Positions 48,153 to 61,608 of a DNA stretch of 64,000 nucleotides are shown here, piece by piece. Positions within the stretch are counted from its first letter, which is position 1; every line of letters starts with the position of its first letter. The notes beneath the pieces are model-generated. The model was not told the DNA's origin. It saw only the letters and a list, made by a program, of their open reading frames with translations, and did no database searches. The stretch comes from TPA_inf: Saccharomyces (lineage: Eukaryota): contig BK006946.2 of assembly GCA_000146045.2 (NCBI GenBank), forward strand, positions 384,001-448,000. Reading direction: 5' to 3'. The position numbers were made by a program, and so were the translations under genes.

Positions 48153-50787
48153 GGGGATTGCTGCTTAGATAATCAGTGCCGCAAGAAATCTCAGATGTGG
48201 GGCCAAAGGTAAAAAATAAAAAATAAAACTGAAAGATAAAAAATAAAAAAAAGATCGTCTCACGTACATCGTATCTGCTCGAGTGAAATCACTGTATGGT
48301 AAAAATGTATTATGCATCTCTTGTTAGCATTAAATGAGCGTAAAGCCGCATTTGTGTAGGTGGACTATCATTGATAAGGAATTCAACTTGATTTGAGTCA
48401 TATTCTTCCGAATGATTTCTGGTTTAGTTTTAAGTTTTCCCTTTTGCCCCGCTAGGATCTAGTTTGTCTATTCAAATTACAGTGCATGAAAGTTAACTTC
48501 GAATTGATAGGGATGCGTCGCTACGCTCACGGGACAGCTCATAAACACAAGGAGCTTAATGAGCTGCAACGCTAAAAAGGGGTAGAATGATTAAAAAAAA
48601 ATCTTGGACAGCGGGCCACTGATACCACGGTAGGGACCAAATACTTCCAGAAGCTTTCGTGAGATACGAAACATTACTATAGTTTTACTGCATGTTTACA
48701 AGGCAAACATTAAACTTTAATAGCAAAAAGTCATTTTTTTGTGGATTTTAAATGCAACGTTGCTCCTCACCTGCATCTTGTAAGCTCTAAGTTTTGATTG
48801 AGCATATTTATAATGTTGCTACGAGTTATTTATTCGGGAACTTTATGGTCTCGGAGCGACAATTTTGTTATCATAATGTCATATTATAATGTGATACATC
48901 GTCTGAAGAAGAGAATGCTTTCGAAAAATTCACCTTAACGCTATGATCGAGGTTTGCTAACTCAGGGTAAATAAATATTACATTTGTGATATTTCGGCGG
49001 TTGTGCCTCTTTTACTACTTTACAATTAGTTACAATTTCTTTTTCTTGAGTTACTTTTCCTCAAAAAGAAAAAAAAAAGAAGAAAGGCAAACCTAAACTA
49101 ACTTATGATAATATAGAAATATTCAAAGCTAAATAAAAGTAATTCTGGTCTTGACCAACCGTGATGTTCAAAATCACTCGACCAATTTTCACTACGTCGT
49201 CCTGACAGCCCATAGATGGGATACCAGTTCATTAGTCCAAGGAGTAGCTTCCTTCAAGATTTTCTTTTTTAAGTAGTAAATCCATATCAAGAAGTGTTAT
49301 GAAACATATTATTGGAGGCATGCACTATTACCTAACGTCGCCATATGCGCTCGTATCGATTGTATCGATTGTTACGGGTTCTCTTCCACCCCTGTAGCGC
49401 TGTCTGTGAAGCTTTCTTATTACACATCTCCGCGTTCATTGACGTCAATCTTTTTAGAAGGGATCCTGATCACGAAGGAACGCATAGTGCATCGCTTAAC
49501 CTGGCTAGTTGGTTGCAAAGGAATGCTATTTTTAAATACTAGCGTCTTGCAAATAAACAATCGGATATGAAAACAATATGACGTATTATATCGGCTCGTA
49601 TTAATTACATTATACTGATTTTTAAAGGAATCATATAGCATGGGTCTTTGCACAATGCATTACGTGGGAGCACATCCCTTTGAAACGCACCCACGCATTT
49701 GCTAAAGAAAAAGAAAGTAATAAAATAAAAGAGGGCAAAAGAAAGAAGGACAAGAGAAATTCTTCGCCACGGCATTGAATCTATTTCTCCTTACGAAAAA
49801 AAAGATCAAGGAAACATGTCGGAAACAAATGGGAAACAACAAAAAGGACTTATCATTCCTACTTTTTTGTCGAGGGCATTTGTCGAGGGTAATACTGCAT
49901 ACTGCCTATTGTCGGTCCCGCAGAATTAATAGTGGCTGCTCATACACAACGAAAAAAATTGTTAACAAAATAGAAGGATTCGTCTATGCCCTTTTTTCAG
50001 TGCGGAAATTATATACCACACAAGCCGTCGAAGCCCATAGGGTCCTTTAACAATAAAGACTCTCCTAAAAAAATTTTTCTTGTGACACGTCAGTGCAGGA
50101 TATAAATGTAGCAAGCGTATATAACAAATGACAAAGGGTTCTTGCGCAAGGTTACTTTAGCGTTGCTGGATAATGATCGGATTGTTTTTAGATCACGATA
50201 GCACATTTGAGGAATCGTATCGAAACGGACAGGGCAAGAGTACGAGGGCGAAATGAACTTATAACACCATTGATATTTTCTCCTCAATCTTATCATTCCA
50301 CGCACATTATTTTCCTACTATGTTATGCGGGAACAGTTCCTAAGGAATTTTTCTAATGGCATTTCGGCAGCGTCATCAAATGTACGCACCCACTTCAAGT
50401 GATCATTCGCTCGTTACTACCTATCACGTGTCGCATCACTCGCGACGTCCATGCGCATGCTGTGCCGCAGGAGAATTCGAGATGCGAATGAGCAGCAGCC
50501 ATTTTGATGTTGTGAGCATCGGAACGTTTCTGCGTCCGTACACTGTCCTTTTGTTACTTAGATAATGGCTAAGGCAAGCAGTCCGGGCCACAGGAGTCAA
50601 AGGCTTTTCGCCAGCTCCTAAACGCTGGAAGTGTAATTTTTTTTCGTCTTATAAAATTAAACAAACCCTTTTAGAAAGGAACACTCGCTTTATCTCTTCG
50701 ACCGAATTTACTATACATGGATATATATATATTATCTTCTGTTCACAGTTAAAACTAGGAATAGTATAGTCATAAGTTAACACCATC

Positions 50788-51915
50788 ATGTTGAGAACGT
50801 CAACATTGTTCACCAGGCGTGTCCAACCAAGCCTATTTTCTAGAAACATTCTTAGATTGCAATCCACAGCTGCAATCCCTAAGACTCAAAAAGGTGTCAT
50901 CTTTTATGAGAATAAGGGGAAGCTGCATTACAAAGATATCCCTGTCCCCGAGCCTAAGCCAAATGAAATTTTAATCAACGTTAAATATTCTGGTGTATGT
51001 CACACCGATTTACATGCTTGGCACGGCGATTGGCCATTACCTGTTAAACTACCATTAGTAGGTGGTCATGAAGGTGCTGGTGTAGTTGTCAAACTAGGTT
51101 CCAATGTCAAGGGCTGGAAAGTCGGTGATTTAGCAGGTATCAAATGGCTGAACGGTTCTTGTATGACATGCGAATTCTGTGAATCAGGTCATGAATCAAA
51201 TTGTCCAGATGCTGATTTATCTGGTTACACTCATGATGGTTCTTTCCAACAATTTGCGACCGCTGATGCTATTCAAGCCGCCAAAATTCAACAGGGTACC
51301 GACTTGGCCGAAGTAGCCCCAATATTATGTGCTGGTGTTACTGTATATAAAGCACTAAAAGAGGCAGACTTGAAAGCTGGTGACTGGGTTGCCATCTCTG
51401 GTGCTGCAGGTGGCTTGGGTTCCTTGGCCGTTCAATATGCAACTGCGATGGGTTACAGAGTTCTAGGTATTGATGCAGGTGAGGAAAAGGAAAAACTTTT
51501 CAAGAAATTGGGGGGTGAAGTATTCATCGACTTTACTAAAACAAAGAATATGGTTTCTGACATTCAAGAAGCTACCAAAGGTGGCCCTCATGGTGTCATT
51601 AACGTTTCCGTTTCTGAAGCCGCTATTTCTCTATCTACGGAATATGTTAGACCATGTGGTACCGTCGTTTTGGTTGGTTTGCCCGCTAACGCCTACGTTA
51701 AATCAGAGGTATTCTCTCATGTGGTGAAGTCCATCAATATCAAGGGTTCTTATGTTGGTAACAGAGCTGATACGAGAGAAGCCTTAGACTTCTTTAGCAG
51801 AGGTTTGATCAAATCACCAATCAAAATTGTTGGATTATCTGAATTACCAAAGGTTTATGACTTGATGGAAAAGGGCAAGATTTTGGGTAGATACGTCGTC
51901 GATACTAGTAAATAA
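50788..51915 (+). CDS. ADH3: Mitochondrial zinc-dependent alcohol dehydrogenase, 375 aa
   Basis: An N-terminal mitochondrial presequence, the zinc-ADH signature GHEGAGVVV, the Cys ligands CHTDLH, and the NAD-binding motif GAAGGLG. Confidence 0.93.
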
Positions 51916-52627
51916 TAGCGTGTTACGCACCCAAACTTTTTATGAAAGTCTTTGTTTATAATGATGAGGTTTATAAATATATAGTGGAGCAAAGATTAAT
52001 CACTAAATCAAGAAGCAGTACCAGTATTTTTTCTATATCAAGTAGTGATAATGGAAATAGCCCAAATTTGGCTTCCGTCGACACATAGAACGTTTGAGAG
52101 ACATTATCACCATCAAGCATCGAGCCGCCCAAACCTAACCGTATAAGTTTTTTCACGTTTTTGATTTTTCCTTGCACACTTCGATATTACTCTCACGATA
52201 AAAGGGCCGAAGAGAATATTTTTCTTGAACATCCAGAATTTTAATTCGGAGAAATTTCACAAGCCGCCGATTTAAGGGTCCTGTGTTCTTAATAATCAGC
52301 CTCTCTCAAAGCAGGTAAGAGGCAGTCTTTCTTTTAACAATAGGAGACATTCGAACTAAAACATCAGCCCCAAAAATGCGCTTGAAGGTCATTAGGATTT
52401 GGATTTCTTCCTCATTTTTAAAGGCGCCCCTTTTCGTTTTAGTCATGCTGGGCTAGACTAGCACGTAGTGTATGGAATCAAACTGATGCCGTCCCCTGAA
52501 TTATATTTACAATTCAGAAACGTCTTTGAACATTTATAATTAAATTATAAAACAAAAGGAATTTGTAAAAAAGACTTTCAAAAGATGATCCAATAAACTA
52601 GATTAAAAACCCAATATAAGAAGAAGA

Positions 52628-53416
52628 ATGTGTGGCATTTTTGGCTATTGCAATTTTTTAATTGAGAAGACAAGAGGAGAAATCATCGACACTTTAATCG
52701 AAGGGTTACAGGCATTGGAGTACAAGGAATATGACTCCAGTGGAATTTCGATCCAAGGTGATGAGCTGGAGTCTCTCAATATTTATAAGCAAACCGGTAA
52801 AATAAGCAGTTTGAAGGAAGAAATCGACCTTTACAATCTTAATAAGAACCTGCCCTTTATTTCGCATTGTGGCATTGCCCATACTAGGCGGGCAACACAT
52901 GGAGGGCTAAGACGTGCAAATTGTCATCCACATAACTCAGATCCATCTAATGAATTTGTTGTGGTACACAACGGGGTTATTACCAACTTCGCTAATTTGA
53001 AAGCCTTATTGATGGCAAAGGGCTATGTGTTCAAAAGTGACACTGATACCGAATGTATTCCTAAACTGTACAAACACATTTATGATACAAGCATTGAACT
53101 CGGGTACAACCTCGATTTCCATGTATTAACAAATTTAGTACTTAAAGAATTGGAAGGCTCTTATGGTCTGCTATGCACTTCTTCTCATTTTCCCGATGAA
53201 GTGGTTGCCGCAAGAAAGGGTTCCCCGTTAGTTATTGGTGTTAAAGGTAAAACTGACATGGACGTAAACTTTGTCGAGGTGGAATATTTGGATCAAGAAG
53301 AAGACTACTTGAAGCTTAATACTCAAACCAAGAGTTCTGGTAATGTCTTGGCTGCCGCACCTGTAAAATATAACACTTGTTTAAGGAAGTCACCCCCCTT
53401 CGTTCACAATACCTGA
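52628..53416 (+). pseudogene. N-terminal (class-II glutaminase) portion of a GFA1-like glutamine:fructose-6-P amidotransferase paralog, truncated by a frameshift (YMR084W)
   Basis: MCGIFGY… has the catalytic Cys2 of Ntn-type amidotransferases. The frame ends at 53416, and the homologous reading frame continues in another phase (see 53377-54789). Confidence 0.8.
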
Positions 53417-54789
53417 GAAACTCTACAACTTCTACATTCAATCATGGCTCATCCACAGAAACGCCAGCCGAGAACGGCTTGCCGCGACCCATGGAATTCT
53501 ATTTGTCATCCGATTGTGCATCACTAGCGCGGTATGTGAGTAAAGTAGTATATTTGGAGGATAATGATATTGCCCATATCTATGATGGGGAGCTTCATAT
53601 CCATTGTTCTAAAATTGGTTCCGAGGACTTTTCATTTAGAACAGTTCAAAAATTAGAATTGGAGTTGTCCAAAATCAAAAAAGGCCCTTACGATAATTTT
53701 ATGCAAAAGGAAATATACGAGCAGTGTGAAACAACAAAAAATGTCATGAGAGGAAGAGTTGACGCCTTTACAAACAGAGTAGTTTTGGGAGGACTAGAAA
53801 ATTGGTTGACAGAATTGAGAAGAGCAAAACGAATAATAATGATTGCATCCAAGGCCTCCTTCCATTCATGCCTAGCTGCCCGTCCCATCTTTGAGGAGTT
53901 AATGGAAGTTCCAGTAAACGTTGAATTGGCCTTGGATTTTGTTGACCGCAATTGTTGCATTTTCAGGAACGATGTTTGCATATTTGTTTCTCGAAGTGGG
54001 GAGACAACTGATACAATTAATGCTTTGAACTACTGTATCAAAAAAGAGGCAGTCACAATCGGGGTAGTTAATTGCAGCGGTTCCTCTATCTCAAGATTTA
54101 CACATTGCGGTGTTCATACAAACACAGGCCCCGAGAAAGGTATTGCAACAACCAAGTCTTATACTTCTCAATACATCGCTTTAGTCATGATTGCCCTATG
54201 GATGTCGGAAGATTTGGTGTCTAAAATAGAAAGGAGGAAAGAAATAATTCAAGCCTTAACTATAGTCCCAAGCCAAATAAAAGAAGTTTTGGAGCTTGAA
54301 CCATTGATTATTGAATTGTGTGACAAGAAACTAAAACAGCATGATACATTTTTGCTTTTAGGAAGAGGTTACCAATTTGCCTCTGCTTTGGAAGGCGCCT
54401 CGAAGATGAAAGAAATTTCTTACGTGCATTCTGAAAGTATTCTTACCAACGAGCTAGGACACAGAGTCCTAGCTGTGGCATCTGATAATCCGCCAATTAT
54501 CGCCTTTGCGACAAAGGATGCTTTTTCGCCCAAAATCGCGTCTTGCATTGACCAAATAATAGAAAGGAAGGGCAATCCGATTATCATTTGTAACAAGGGG
54601 CATAAGATATGGGAGCAAGACAAACAAAAAGGAAACGTTGTTACACTCGAGGTACCCCAAACCGTAGATTGTCTCCAAGGGATACTTAACGTTATTCCTT
54701 TACAATTAATTTCTTACTGGTTAGCGATCAAGAAAGACATCGGAGTTGATTTGCCAAGGGACTCGGCGATGTCGGCCCCGGATATATAA
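53377..54789 (+). pseudogene. C-terminal (tandem SIS sugar-isomerase) portion of the same GFA1-like paralog (YMR085W; first ATG at 53491)
   Basis: GFA1-like sequence (…EFYLSSDCASLARYVSKVVYLEDNDIAHIYDGELHIH…) starts before the first Met of this frame. The frame is offset by 1 nt relative to YMR084W, and the two frames overlap at 53377-53416. Confidence 0.8.
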
Positions 54790-55207
54790 AAAAGTGTTCT
54801 TTAATTCCTTCTAATTTCATTAAAACAAGTACTTATATTTTGGGCAGTATGTAGAATAGATGTTCACACTCTATAGCCAAATAACTTAATTATTGGTCAA
54901 GGTAATCTCTTGCAATTGGTGTCACTGCCACATCTTTTAACGTCAACAGTAAATCCGCAAAATCCCGTCGCGTCGCCGCTAAGCAGGCCCAATTTTAGCT
55001 CACTGCGGCAGCGGGCTGGCCGTGTGGCGCGAGGGTCAACATGCAAAAAAGGACGATAGATAACCTTAAAGGAAGTATTCATTTCTTCGCTAAATTTTCA
55101 GTGCTCCCTTACTTTACCGACAAATTGGATAAAAACATATAAAACACAACAGCAACACGTAGCCATACCAACCAATTCCACAAATCACCAGCCGTTCGTT
55201 CCTAAAA

Positions 55208-58090
55208 ATGTTTAGAAGAAGAACAACTGCACCAGAAATGGAACAGGCGGACCCGACAGCAGTGGCAGCTGCAGCAAGTATCGGTAAATTATTAATGAAG
55301 AAGGGTAATCAATCTGATAACGAACAAAGGCCGACCTATCGATCCGCTTCGATGACAAACTTAAGAAAACCTTCTGCCCCCAAAAGAATGTCTTCTATTT
55401 CTAGTATATCATCGGAATCTAGAAGGAGCGATGGTAAAGGTCGTCCCGGGAAAATAAACAGCCTTACCCAACGGTCATCAATGGGGAAGGGAGATTCATT
55501 AAATTCTCCTTTAACGAAGGAACCGCAGCACAAAACTAGGTCTCACAATAGAACTTCGAGTCTCCCTAACCAGAGAGGTCAGCAAAGCAGAAACAGTTCT
55601 GGTTTACAACGTCAAAAGTCCAAAACACACCAAAGAATAAGCTATGATGAGGCTCAACGTACGTTCAAGGATTTTGGCGGACCACAGGCCAGAGGAATTT
55701 TAACGGGACAACACCGTACTGAAAATCCTAGCGGGTCTATTCCTTTGAGGACTACGCGAAAGTATATTCCTGGGCCCAACGGGCTGGTTGCAATTGAGGT
55801 CCCCGTTGAAAAACCAAGCAATGCCAATACTTCTAAATTGCTAAGGCGTTCCAACTCTGCCCACAGTGCCTTGAATGCAAGAAATGGTTCACTTTTAAGA
55901 AAAAAAGTATCGCAGGAATCTTTACATTCTCAACCAAAGAAGACTTCGTCTTTAGGGAATACATCAAGTACACAAGCAAAAAAAGGCCAAAAGGCGGTTC
56001 AGGAGAGAAATCTTGCCAAGAAACATCCAATAAATTCAAATGTTCCTCTCATTGAAACACAAGTTCGTGAAGAAACAGACCAAGAGTTGAAACTTGATAA
56101 TTCTAACTCTTCCGAATCCGAAACAGTAGTCAATAGCGAAAATAATCTAGAAAAACCTTCTTCACTAAACATTGAAAAAGATGATCTAAGCAAACTAATA
56201 CATGAAAACATTGAGTTAGAAAGTTTTATTGAAGAAAAAGGGAAGGAAAAACCTTTAAATTCTGATCAAGAAGATGTTTTCATAAGCGAAAAAACTGTAA
56301 AAGGCGATGTACAATGGCCAAAAAATAACCGTCAAGCATCTACTCTTGAGAAAACTTTTAATTACGACAACGAAGAGAAGAGGGAGGGGAATAAACCAGT
56401 AGCAGAACATCCTCTTCCGGAGGCCGAAGTGGATGACAAGTCGGTTGAACAACTGAACAACATTTCTTCTAGCGGCAGTTATTCGGCCCAAGGATCAGTT
56501 GAAAACTCCAAACCAGAAAATGGCAATAAAAATCTAGAGAATGACACAACATCGTCTCCCACACAAGACCTTGATGAAAAATCCCGCTCAATAGAAGAGA
56601 AGGATACCTTGGAAGGGACCGAGAGTTCAAAAAAAGTTGAAAAGCCAGACAATTGTTGTGAGAAAATTTCTGGTGCTAATACTTCTTCCAAAAAAGGGAA
56701 TGTTGGCGATACTAAGGATGAATTCTTCGATACAGTAGAAGAAAGCGATCAGAAAACGAGCAAGTCGAATTCCTCCAAGAACACCGATCATTCTAATCAA
56801 ACAGAACCAACGCCTTCTTTGGCTCAGTATTTAAGGACCTCAAATACCTACCTTTCTCGAAAAAACCAATCGAAACAAGCTGAGCAAGAAAAGTTTCACA
56901 AGCCTGAAGCTCCTATGGTTCCTGTAACGAAAGTAGTTACACCAATCAAATCTGCTCTTAAAAAATCGTCAGGATCGTCCAACCATGACTCATCCATGTA
57001 CTCTGATAACTCTCCCGCCAATGGCGCATACCTGTCTCTTACGACTGCTGAAAATACGAGATTAAATGCTCAAATGACGATGTCCGACAGCGTATCACGC
57101 AGAGCAAGTTTAAAACGATCTTCTATAAAAAGACCTCAGTCAGTAGGCCAGTTCAGAAGCATCAGATCAAATTCGCCTTCTCCCCCAGAGAAAATAAACA
57201 ATAAACGCCATTCTGCTATACCCCTAGGAACCCCAGAGAAGGGTAAACCAAAAAGAAATTCGGTTATGGCTTCTCTGTCTAAAAATTCGCAGCAAATTCA
57301 AGAGCCCGCAAGTGTATATGAGTCAAATGGCCCAAATAAACCTAAAAACCAAATCAATAAGAATATAAAGAGAGGATCACAGATCGCGCAAAACAATAAA
57401 CCTTCAACGAAGGACATGAATAGTATTTTGTACCCCAAAGAACCACCTCCTCGCAAATCTAGTTTTGAGAAGACGAGAAGCAATGAATCCCATCTCGGAT
57501 TTAAAAAGCTTTCTTTGAGAAATGGTAATTTTGAGGAGGCATTGAGTGAAAGCTATAATGGGCAAGCTAGCCAGAATAGCACAAATGTGAATCGAACCGA
57601 TACAGCACAGGAGTTTTTCAAATATTTGGGTCATTCATCAAGATTTGCGGATTCAGACTCAGAAGATGAGTCCCAATTTTTCAACCAAGGCCCATCAAAA
57701 TACAACACAGAAACAGAAGGCAATAAAACCAGCGGTAACAAAAATAGTAATGGTGGTAACGGTGCTTTTTCGCTTTTCAAGAGCAAAAGTAAGCAAAAGG
57801 AAAATAATGTGGTTTCCCCTGGAGTCTCAAGTCCTAATCATACTACCACCGATCCTGCCATTACAAGTAAAAAGGTGGACAAGAAATTCAGCGGGTTATC
57901 TTTAAGAGCTGCCAGTGAAGCTGAACCTGCAAAAAATTCAAACCCTTCGATGACCAATAGGTTACGCTTCTCTAGTAATCCAGAGAACGGCGAAAGCAGG
58001 CTCCCACAAGCACAGGAAGTCAGCGTTACAAAAGAAAAGAAGGGTAGTTTCGGCAAAAAACTGAAAAAAATCTTTGGTAGAAAGAAATAG
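55208..58090 (+). CDS. SEG1: Ser/Thr/Asn-rich, largely disordered eisosome-associated protein, 960 aa
   Basis: A 960-aa low-complexity ORF with a basic C-terminal tail. Length and position match Seg1. Confidence 0.75.
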
Positions 58091-58300
58091 GGACTCTCGG
58101 CAGAAATTCTCTCCTTGTACAAGTTATGTATTTTATTCTTTTTCGTGCTCGTTCAACTTCTGAACGATGGCTTCCATGCACTGTAACATATAAAGGATTT
58201 TTTAATAATGAATAATCAAGAAATCTCCATTTTATATGCTTTTTTTTTTTTGCCGTTTCCACTGCAATCAATGGCGATATAATCGGATGAACAATAAATA

Positions 58301-58336
58301 TTCGTGTTCCTATTCGTGTTCCTATACGTGTTCCTA
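58301..58336. repeat. 3 x 12-nt tandem repeat (ttcgtgttccta) in the SEG1 3' flank
   Basis: A direct read of ttcgtgttccta ttcgtgttccta tacgtgttccta. It produces GTRIGTRIGTRI in a spurious antisense ORF. Confidence 0.85.
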
Positions 58337-58442
58337 GCAGCAAACAATAACAGAAGAGAAGCATTTGATTTTCGTAAAAACTTCAGGTGTGGGTGTTTCT
58401 TATTAACGGTTAAACTTTACGAATTGAATCCCCTATGTATAA

Positions 58443-59381
<939 letters not shown>

Positions 59382-59413
59382 AGGTATATAATATAAAGTC
59401 TATTTTCAATTTT

Positions 59414-61102
59414 TCAAGAACTTGAACTACGTTTGTAAGTATGTTTCACCAGATATAACGATAAAACAATTCCCACTGCTGCCAGGGCTATATTTGGAAT
59501 ATAGGAAATCAGGAATGCCTTTTTGTAGACATCAAGAATGCGAACAAATATATCCGTTGGAAAATTGGGCCCTCTCAAGTAACTCGAATCATTGATAAGG
59601 GAGTAGTACTGCTTTTTGGTGAAGTGATATTCGTCATCACGCTTGGTTTTGAACATATAATTCCATAACATGGACGACAGGCTATTCTCATAGGACACTA
59701 AAGTTAAAGAGGCACCAAGAACGTTACCAATGGATCTCCACAAATAGAAAACACCAGTCATGGTTCCTTGCTGTGATTTTTCGACGGTGAATACGATGCT
59801 TACTAACGTGGCCACTAATAGACAAGCGTAACCAAAGGACACAAGGACTGATGCAAACACATATATCAATTTCCACCATATTGAGTTAGATCTGAATGTA
59901 ATAGACTCAAGCATATCATATATGGTGTAGTCAGGATTCAAGTGTGAAAGTAGGAAATAGCCCAATCCCAAACCCAATAGCTGCATTATCATACCACCAA
60001 AAATGATTTGATATGCACAGTGTGCTAGGTTAATTTTCGTATTCCGCAATACCCATCCTGTTACCAATGATCCGACTGCAACTGATATAGAGGGGAAAAT
60101 CAAAAAGAGGCCAGTCTTTGTTACACTAATATTTTGAAGCAATTGTAAATAGATTGGTGACCTAAAGATTTCACCAAATACAACAAATGAAGATATAACC
60201 GTTACCGCTGAGCTCAAACAGAATGAGCGAGTCAATAGTTCGAATGGTAAAATTTTCTCAGTCGCGTAATAACGTTCAACCAGGATAAAAACAATAAAGC
60301 TACCAATGGTAAACAATGCTAAATACAACTTGTTCAACTGGCTAGAGCACAAAAATAAAACTCCACTAATGGTCGCCACCAGGCTTAATGAGCCAAATAT
60401 ATCTATCCGTGACAGATTCTTTAAGGTATATCTTTCTTTCATAGGAGGAACATGGAATAGCTTAATATTAATGTTTTTGATTGCTAATACCGAGCACAAC
60501 ATTATCACGGGTACTTGGATACCAAAAAGAGCCCTCCATCCAATGGTTTCTATAAATACACCACCCAACGGAGCACCTAGTAATTGACCAAACCCGAAAA
60601 CAATATTCGCATATCCCTGGTAAACGCCCCTTTCTCTTGCTGTACATATGTCACTAACAGCAATGCTACTAATAGCATTCAATCCTCCTGCACCAATACC
60701 ACATATGGCTCTTGCTATTGAGAATTCCGTGACGTTTCTGGCAAAACATGTTAATAAGCACCCAAGGCCAAAAAAAAATTGAGCGGTTAATAATGCTGAC
60801 TTCCGCCCTGTTATATCAGAAAGCTTCCCATATAGTGGTTGGAAAGCCGTATTTGTCAAAAGAAAACTCGTCGCAATCCATTGCTTTTTACTTGATTCAG
60901 AGAATTCCTCAGCAACTCTATTCATTATATTTGCGACAATAGTGCTATCCAAGGAACTCAAAAAACTACCCAACCATAGCGAAAACAAAATGGGAAACTT
61001 AGGTAAGGCCAAATTATATTCATGAAATTTTTGTTCCAAGGGAGGGGCTTCAGCTTCCTCAGGTGGAGGGAGTAGATTTGAAGTCTCGTCTAGTGTTTGC
61101 AT
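59414..61102 (-). CDS. VBA1: Vacuolar basic amino-acid transporter (MFS, 12-14 TM), 562 aa; the start is taken at Met23
   Basis: A polytopic MFS-type protein with MFS motif-like GRK/R loops. The 584-aa frame minus 22 residues gives 562 aa. Confidence 0.8.
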   Translation of the reverse strand: MQTLDETSNLLPPPEEAEAPPLEQKFHEYNLALPKFPILFSLWLGSFLSSLDSTIVANIMNRVAEEFSESSKKQWIATSFLLTNTAFQPLYGKLSDITGRKSALLTAQFFFGLGCLLTCFARNVTEFSIARAICGIGAGGLNAISSIAVSDICTARERGVYQGYANIVFGFGQLLGAPLGGVFIETIGWRALFGIQVPVIMLCSVLAIKNINIKLFHVPPMKERYTLKNLSRIDIFGSLSLVATISGVLFLCSSQLNKLYLALFTIGSFIVFILVERYYATEKILPFELLTRSFCLSSAVTVISSFVVFGEIFRSPIYLQLLQNISVTKTGLFLIFPSISVAVGSLVTGWVLRNTKINLAHCAYQIIFGGMIMQLLGLGLGYFLLSHLNPDYTIYDMLESITFRSNSIWWKLIYVFASVLVSFGYACLLVATLVSIVFTVEKSQQGTMTGVFYLWRSIGNVLGASLTLVSYENSLSSMLWNYMFKTKRDDEYHFTKKQYYSLINDSSYLRGPNFPTDIFVRILDVYKKAFLISYIPNIALAAVGIVLSLYLVKHTYKRSSSS

Positions 61103-61608
61103 TCTTCTTGTTCCCTCAACAACTAGGGCTCTGAGCTTAGTGAAGAACAAAGAGGAGACAAAAAACAAAATAATTCGATAGAAAAAAATCGCTGCTGTAT
61201 TCTTATATTTTGGGAATGTGGGTTGGCCTAAAGTGGAACCGCATGCTCTTCTCTATCACCGGCCCTTAAGATGACCTACGTTTATTGTCGGACAGATATC
61301 ATCCAACAAAACGACGCAGTGAAAAAGTGTATCATGCGAATACTGAAGATAAGATAGGCTAAGCCGTGGAATCAGCGATAAAAAAAAGATCGCGTGTATT
61401 AACCAATGACAGCCTCACAGAAGCGCTTTGATCATATATAGATATAGGTGCATTTATACACGTATATATATTTACATGTTTTCAGATTAGATTATATGGT
61501 AAATACGTGACAGTGTTCTACCGAAAAAGAAAGATGTCTGGCTTTCAATAAAATAAGCAAGATATGTAGAACAGTCTTCCTCCATTTCTTTGTATTGTGA
61601 AATATCAA

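Noticed and set aside
48535-48566. An 8-bp perfect inverted repeat (cagctcat / atgagctg) with a 16-nt loop, as a possible structured RNA or terminator
   Set aside because: It is too short to be significant by itself in 64 kb, and there is no flanking T-run or conserved context. It is kept only as a note within the gene-free interval finding.
58026-58364. A 112-aa minus-strand ORF overlapping the SEG1 3' end, with GTRIGTRIGTRI
   Set aside because: The repeat peptide comes from the tandem 12-mer, and the ORF overlaps the SEG1 C-terminus. It is probably not a gene.
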